In this document: positions 58,897 to 64,000 of the stretch, piece by piece | Position numbering within the stretch: position 1 is the stretch's first letter | Layout of the letters: each line of letters opens with the position of its first letter | NCBI RefSeq assembly: GCF_902459465.1 | Contig: NC_047072.1 | Location: forward strand, 15,438,001 to 15,502,000 | Reading direction: 5' to 3' | Length of the DNA: 64,000 bases | Source of the DNA: Asterias rubens | Taxonomy: Eukaryota | The notes under the pieces: model-generated | Databases searched by the model: none | Told to the model about the DNA's origin: nothing | What the model saw: only the letters and a program-made list of their open reading frames with translations | Translations under genes and position numbers: made by a program

Positions 58897-59940
58897 TTTG
58901 AATCAGACTTTCATAAAAGCACCAGTCTAGCTAGATAGTAGTAGCACTAGTTGTTGCAGTAATTACATGTCATGCATGTGGATGGCAGAATGGTACAAAA
59001 CAATATCTCAGATTTCACTGCGAATACAACATTTTTCTCCGTTCAGCAATTTTAACATCGGGCATAGAAATGGAAGATCTACAGCAGCCTATCATCAGAG
59101 ACAAATTGTGGTATATCTATCACTAGCACATCTTGGTTGAAATAGCCTTGCCTACATCTTACAATGCTGAATGTGCATCATGATGGATGGTTCATACACA
59201 ATCAACAATGTGATGCAATGTACTGTCAAATAATCCCTCAAAATCACTCAAAAAATGCAGCCATCCAAGCTCAAAATACTCAGGAATAGTCAATATATGT
59301 TACACACAGTACGATTGCAGCATGATTTTTGATATATGGATGATATATGGATGAGAAATAATTAGAAAACGAAAATCTTAACTGGAGCTATCTTCTTGCC
59401 CGTCCACCTCCTTCTATGAACCGGTATACATGTTGTATACAATGAAATTTTTACTTAGAATTAAAAGATAACTAAGCAGGTTTAAAATCTCAGTACCTGG
59501 TCTAACCATAATAAGGTTTTAAAGCTTGTGAATTGTTGAACCAAAATTAGGTTTCAAGTCCAAGCCTTCTTTAGTTCTTCAGTTCAGACAAGAAATTGCC
59601 AGGGATATACTCAACCAAACAGTTTGATCCTCAGTACATTTGAGAAAAAAAAGGTTTTATGCAGAATGTGGCATAATATTCATTGGTTGTGACAATGAAA
59701 TTTTATCAAATGAAATTGGATATAGGATAAAACTTAAAAGCTTACCGCTTTTAGTTTTAGGTTGTTCTTCTGCTGGTAACTGGCCCGAAAACTCCTTAGC
59801 AAACTGCTTGACAAAGTTTATTGCCTTCAAATCTGCCTTCAAACTGGTGTCTCTTTGACTGAAATCATCCAGGGATAGCTGTAGGCTCGACCCGTTTTCA
59901 AAACTGACCTGAGGAGACAGATGATTAGCAGGACAACTTT

Positions 59941-59995
59941 TAGTTGCGATAACGTAACCCTCGCTGTCGGTAGGAGGGTTACGTTATCGCAACTA
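59941..59995. mobile_element. 55-bp hairpin micro-MITE with perfect 9-bp TSD
   Basis: gacaacttt|tagttgcgataacgtaaccctc...gagggttacgttatcgcaacta|gacaacttt. Confidence 0.92.
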
Positions 59996-60195
59996 GACAA
60001 CTTTGAACATTTACTAATTTGATTTGGACAGAATTGAGTGTAGCCTGGAGTCGTTATTCTTTTTATTGCACAAACATCAATATACATTGTGGTGCAAAAG
60101 AGAAACTCGGAACATGCACAAAGGCCCAGCAGTCAAAGATCATCATTTTTTATTTAAAATGTAAGAAATATTTTGAGGTTCATGTATTATACCTC

Positions 60196-60254
60196 GCCCC
60201 ATAAATCGGTCCAATCCACTCCGTAGCCTTGTGGATTGGACCGATTTATGGGGC
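60196..60254. repeat. Short perfect hairpin (24-bp stem)
   Basis: gccccataaatcggtccaatccac...gtggattggaccgatttatggggc. Confidence 0.8.
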
Positions 60255-60542
60255 TAGTAAAGTAGTATAAATAGTATATATACCGTTATATTTCTTCCAG
60301 TTTCATCCTCTTGCACTGCACTGACAGCCACGATGAAAATTAAAACATCATGTTCATTTCGGACTGGACGGTTATTTTGAAGAAGTATGAGCTTGTTTGC
60401 AGATTCAAGTTTCTCTACCCACCACATGATGATCTTAACTAAGGGAACCTTATGTTTCACAGTGGTCAATAATAATACGACATTTGCCTGCTGGAGTTAA
60501 GCGTACGTGTCATCCCATGCAAAATTGCGATAACGTTTACAA

Positions 60543-63500
60543 TTATATAACACCCAAGCAGATCCTTGCCATTTGATTGGAGGATTGTCCGTCACGTGAT
60601 AGCAAATAAAAGTACCATTGCACGCTGAGTCACTCGCCGTGCTTGTTCGTTCCATCCGAAAAGTACCATTGCACGCTGGCACGCTGCCAGCGTGCAATGG
60701 TACTTTTCGGATGGAACGAAAAAGCTGAGTAAAAACATCACTGCGTGCGTGTGTCTTTGGTAACGCAGCAGGTGTTACTGCAAGAAGGCATAGTAAAATT
60801 ACTAGCATTCGGCTTCTACAGTTGAAATTGTTTGTTTTGAAAGTTGTTTCTTTCAATCAAAATGACAAAGTTCTACTTGGATGTTATATAAAACAAATAA
60901 TGAATGTTTTTCATTCGTGCAATGGTGCGAATATGTTCATTCGTTGAAAGCTGGAATGTTCCATTCAACTCGGCTCCGCCTCGTTGAATAGAACATTCCA
61001 TCTTTCAACTCATGAACATATTCGCACCATTGCACTCATAAACATTCATTATGTGTATACTATTGAACCTATAAGTATATAACAATTAACTATAAGCTGC
61101 TCCAAAAAAAATTAATGTGGCCATTGACATGGTGTTCGATCAACTCTTCTTCAATTTGCCTGTAAATAAACAAATTAATAAAATAATAACTATTATGAAA
61201 ATTGAATATCATGATAATACCAAAATATAATTATATTAATAACACTAATAATACTATTTAAAATGGTATTCATTACAACTAGTACTAGACTTGTTTCCCT
61301 AGCCTATCTTATTTAATTTTTAACTAGTAAATGACAGAGTAGCAGTTGAAACTCGTATGTTTTTTCCATTTTCGTTGATACAACAAGGAAATTTGATTTG
61401 GATGACTGCGCAGACAGCTTTAAAAAAAAAACATAATAAGTACTACATGTACATAACAAACCAACAGTGCTGCATTTCTATGCATTCTAAGGAGTCTTGA
61501 TTCCATGTGAAAAAAACCTGTCCAGAAATCTCATGTTTGAATCTGCCGGCCGCACTCGCGTGCTCATCAACGTTTACCTGTCCCTTAAAACTCAGAAAAT
61601 AATTGGAAGCATGCACAACTCATTTCCATTGTTCTGTTATAATTAAATTAAAAACCTAGGGCCTATTGAGGCCTAGGCTACCGTTTTTGTAGTTCCCAAT
61701 TTTCTCACCGTTTGAGTGGTCATACTTCGACTATTTTCTATCAAACGAGGGCGCTGTCTTTTGTTATTGTTTTTATAACAATAGTCTCGCTCCCTGTCCT
61801 AAGATTCAGTGGCGTGAATTCTATGTTAGTCAATTTTGCTTCTTGGACTATGCTAGGCCATCGCCAGAAAACTATTGTTTGGTGATGCTCTGCATTCCCC
61901 AACCTTTTCTCGGGGGACCACACGATGGCTACATTTTGACTGCGGGCATGCTTAGTAACCTCTCGCACGAGAACGGGACTTGAATCAAGTCTAGGTTGAC
62001 AGCACGCAACTGAGTTGTCGAGGCCGCTGCCCCAAAAATTGTCCAGGGACTTTTAATATTATTATCAACACAATTCGGGTAAGATTTCAAAAATTGACGA
62101 ACAGAACTCGCTAAAGTGCTTATTGACTTACTACATGAACAATTATCAGTCGGTATGGTCGGACACACCCAATTAAAAATCAGGAAAGGTCAGCGCCCCA
62201 ATTGGAAAATTGGAAAAGTTCGATGTACTCTACAAGAGCTCTACGTTTCAGGCACAATAAGTTTAGTGCCAACCACACTGTTGCGTCGCTATCGAAGGTA
62301 AGCTATCATCCCATTTTCACATCCCAGATGCTCTTCGTTGATAATAGGTTGCTGGATCATAATTTTGTAAACACCATAATACTATAATAGGTTTTGAATT
62401 GTATTTATATATACACAAAATATTGGATTAAAAAAGTTTGAATTGGGGGGGGGGGGGCTCAGTTTTCAGCATTGAAAGTGGTATCTATCTGCGCGCGTGT
62501 GGTGGACGTGGACTGTCACTTACGACATTTATATAGTAACACTGGTCATTCTCTTCGGATGTGGATGGCTGGATGTCAGCACCAACCATGGAGCTAAATC
62601 TGTAAAACTTCATTGTGAACAGCTGTGTATGTATTAATGGACAAAATTGCCGCGCGTATTTTGTCTAAGATAAGAATGTTGTATAACGAGCTGTGGATAA
62701 GCAAAGATCGTAGGCGCCGCTGATAAGAGATTTCCAGCATGTGCGCGATGCATGGCATCATATATCGCATGGCAAAATGGCCTGTGTGTGTGGATGTGTG
62801 TGTGTGCTACGCGTCTTGTTGTTTTGATACCCGCGTGGTTGTTGGATGGAGTTCCTATAGAGCTGGTTGTCCCAGCCCGGAGGCGTGGAGAACGCGTGTG
62901 TTTTTGTAGTTGAATAAGAAAGTATTATGGAATGATTTTTAAGTTATCTGAACGCGTGGGCGTTTGGTTAAACCATGAGCTCAATGCAGGTAAATCTTAT
63001 AATTATTTGTCACTGTTTTATTTAGTGTTGCTGTTTTCGTTCAGGGAGGGATCCTCCGGGAATCAGCAGCGTAAGCCTACAGTAAATCATGTTTATTGTA
63101 ATATTCGCTGAAATTGCGAAGCTGTCAATATTTTACATTCATTGTACAATGGAGGTAGAAATAGCCTCCATGATTGTATTATTTCTACCTCCATGGTTTA
63201 ATCCATCGTGCTGCATGGGCTATTTTACATCATATATTATACACATAATGAATGTTTATGAGTGCAATGGTGCGAATATGTTCATGAGTTGAAAGATGGA
63301 ATGTTCTATTCAACGAGGCGGAGCCGAGTTGAATGGAACATTCCAGCTTTCAACGAATGAACATAATTCGCACCATTGCACGAATGAAAAACATTCATTA
63401 TTTGTTTTATATAACATCCAAGTAGAACTTTGTCATTTTGATTGAAAGAAACAACTTTCAAAACAAACAATTTCAACTGTAGAAGCCGAATGCTAGTAAT

Positions 63501-63755
63501 TTTACTATGCCTTCTTGCAGTAACACCTGCTGCGTTACCAAAGACACGCGCACGCAGTGATGTTTTTACTCAGCTTTTTCGTTCCATCCGAAAAGTACCA
63601 TTGCACGCTGGCAGCGTGCCAGCGTGCAATGGTACTTTTCGGATGGAACGAAAAAGCACGGCGAGTGACTCAGCGTGCAATGGTACTTTTATTTGCTATC
63701 ACGTGACGGACAATCCTCCAATCAAATGGCAAGGATCTGCTTGGGTGTTATATAA
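60543..63755. repeat. Near-identical ~517-bp inverted repeats (60543-61059 and 63238-63755) around a 2.2-kb spacer
   Basis: ORFs 60497..60856(-) and 63442..63768(+) are almost identical translations, and only a few substitutions separate the arms. Related, more diverged sequence occurs at ~19680-20440 and ~23870-24290. Confidence 0.93.
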
Positions 63756-64000
63756 ACGTAGTTATTAGGTCACACTGTCTGCTCTGATGTGGGCCAGGAC
63801 TGGAGTAGACTTGTGGACAAGTCGTTAAATCGGCCCCACGTGCTGAGATAGTGCTCCCCCGACAACACTGCTCTCGCGCGAACTCACTGCTCTCGCGCGA
63901 ACTGATGGCTCCCCGATTTTGACTCCTCATTAACGACTTGTACAAGTTGTCAGCGGTATGTATTCATGTATTCAAGTACGAACGCGGTATACCTTCACTG

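Larger units (their letters stand above)
54716..59415 (-). mobile_element. Full-length CR1-clade LINE retrotransposon, ~4.7 kb
   Basis: Intact ORF1 and ORF2, a 135-bp 3' UTR and an 8-bp tandem tail (caggtaaa)x3 at ~54716-54740. The 5' boundary is approximate. It interrupts duplication unit B. Confidence 0.9.
39680..59859. repeat. Tandem segmental duplication carrying ISG12 copies 3 and 4 (unit A 39680-43731; unit B 43732-59859, expanded by insertions)
   Basis: Both units start accca(c/t)gataaaacaccatttctgatg and end aaactggtgtctctttgac, with colinear homologous blocks throughout (e.g. 39915 vs 51920, 40400 vs 52050, 43470 vs 59600). Confidence 0.85.

Noticed and set aside
60497-63768. Twin 119-aa and 108-aa ORFs with a signal-peptide-like stretch (MLVILLCLLAVTPAA)
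   Set aside because: Both lie in the arms of an inverted repeat built from hairpins, start at TTG, and match no family I recognise.

Overview
This is AT-rich, intron-containing animal genomic DNA. The repeat content suggests a deuterostome invertebrate, probably an echinoderm such as a sea star (inference only). Host genes: an intronless Tctex1-domain dynein light chain (+), EEF1AKMT1 (-, 4 coding exons), a MATCAP/KIAA0895-family tubulin tyrosine carboxypeptidase (+, 5 coding exons), COQ3 (-, 4 clear coding exons), and four ISG12 (IFI6/IFI27-family) copies (-) in two tandem pairs flanking COQ3. Much of the rest is repetitive: an intact full-length CR1-type LINE; three Helitron2/Helentron-like non-autonomous elements nested inside each other (7.8 kb); a 3.3-kb CACTA-type element with decayed SAM-domain exons; many hairpin MITEs, several with 9-bp TSDs; L2 and SINE relics; and six tandem arrays (33, 130, 106, 37, 78 and 39 bp units). 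Most notable observations: (i) the triple nested Helitron-like structure, supported by a paralogous empty site; (ii) a 76-copy satellite that arose inside one ~55-bp MITE whose TSD is still visible; (iii) an invertebrate ISG12 cluster with NF-kB-type sites and first exons repeatedly hit by MITEs. All splice models and alignments were done by eye, without searches or RNA data.
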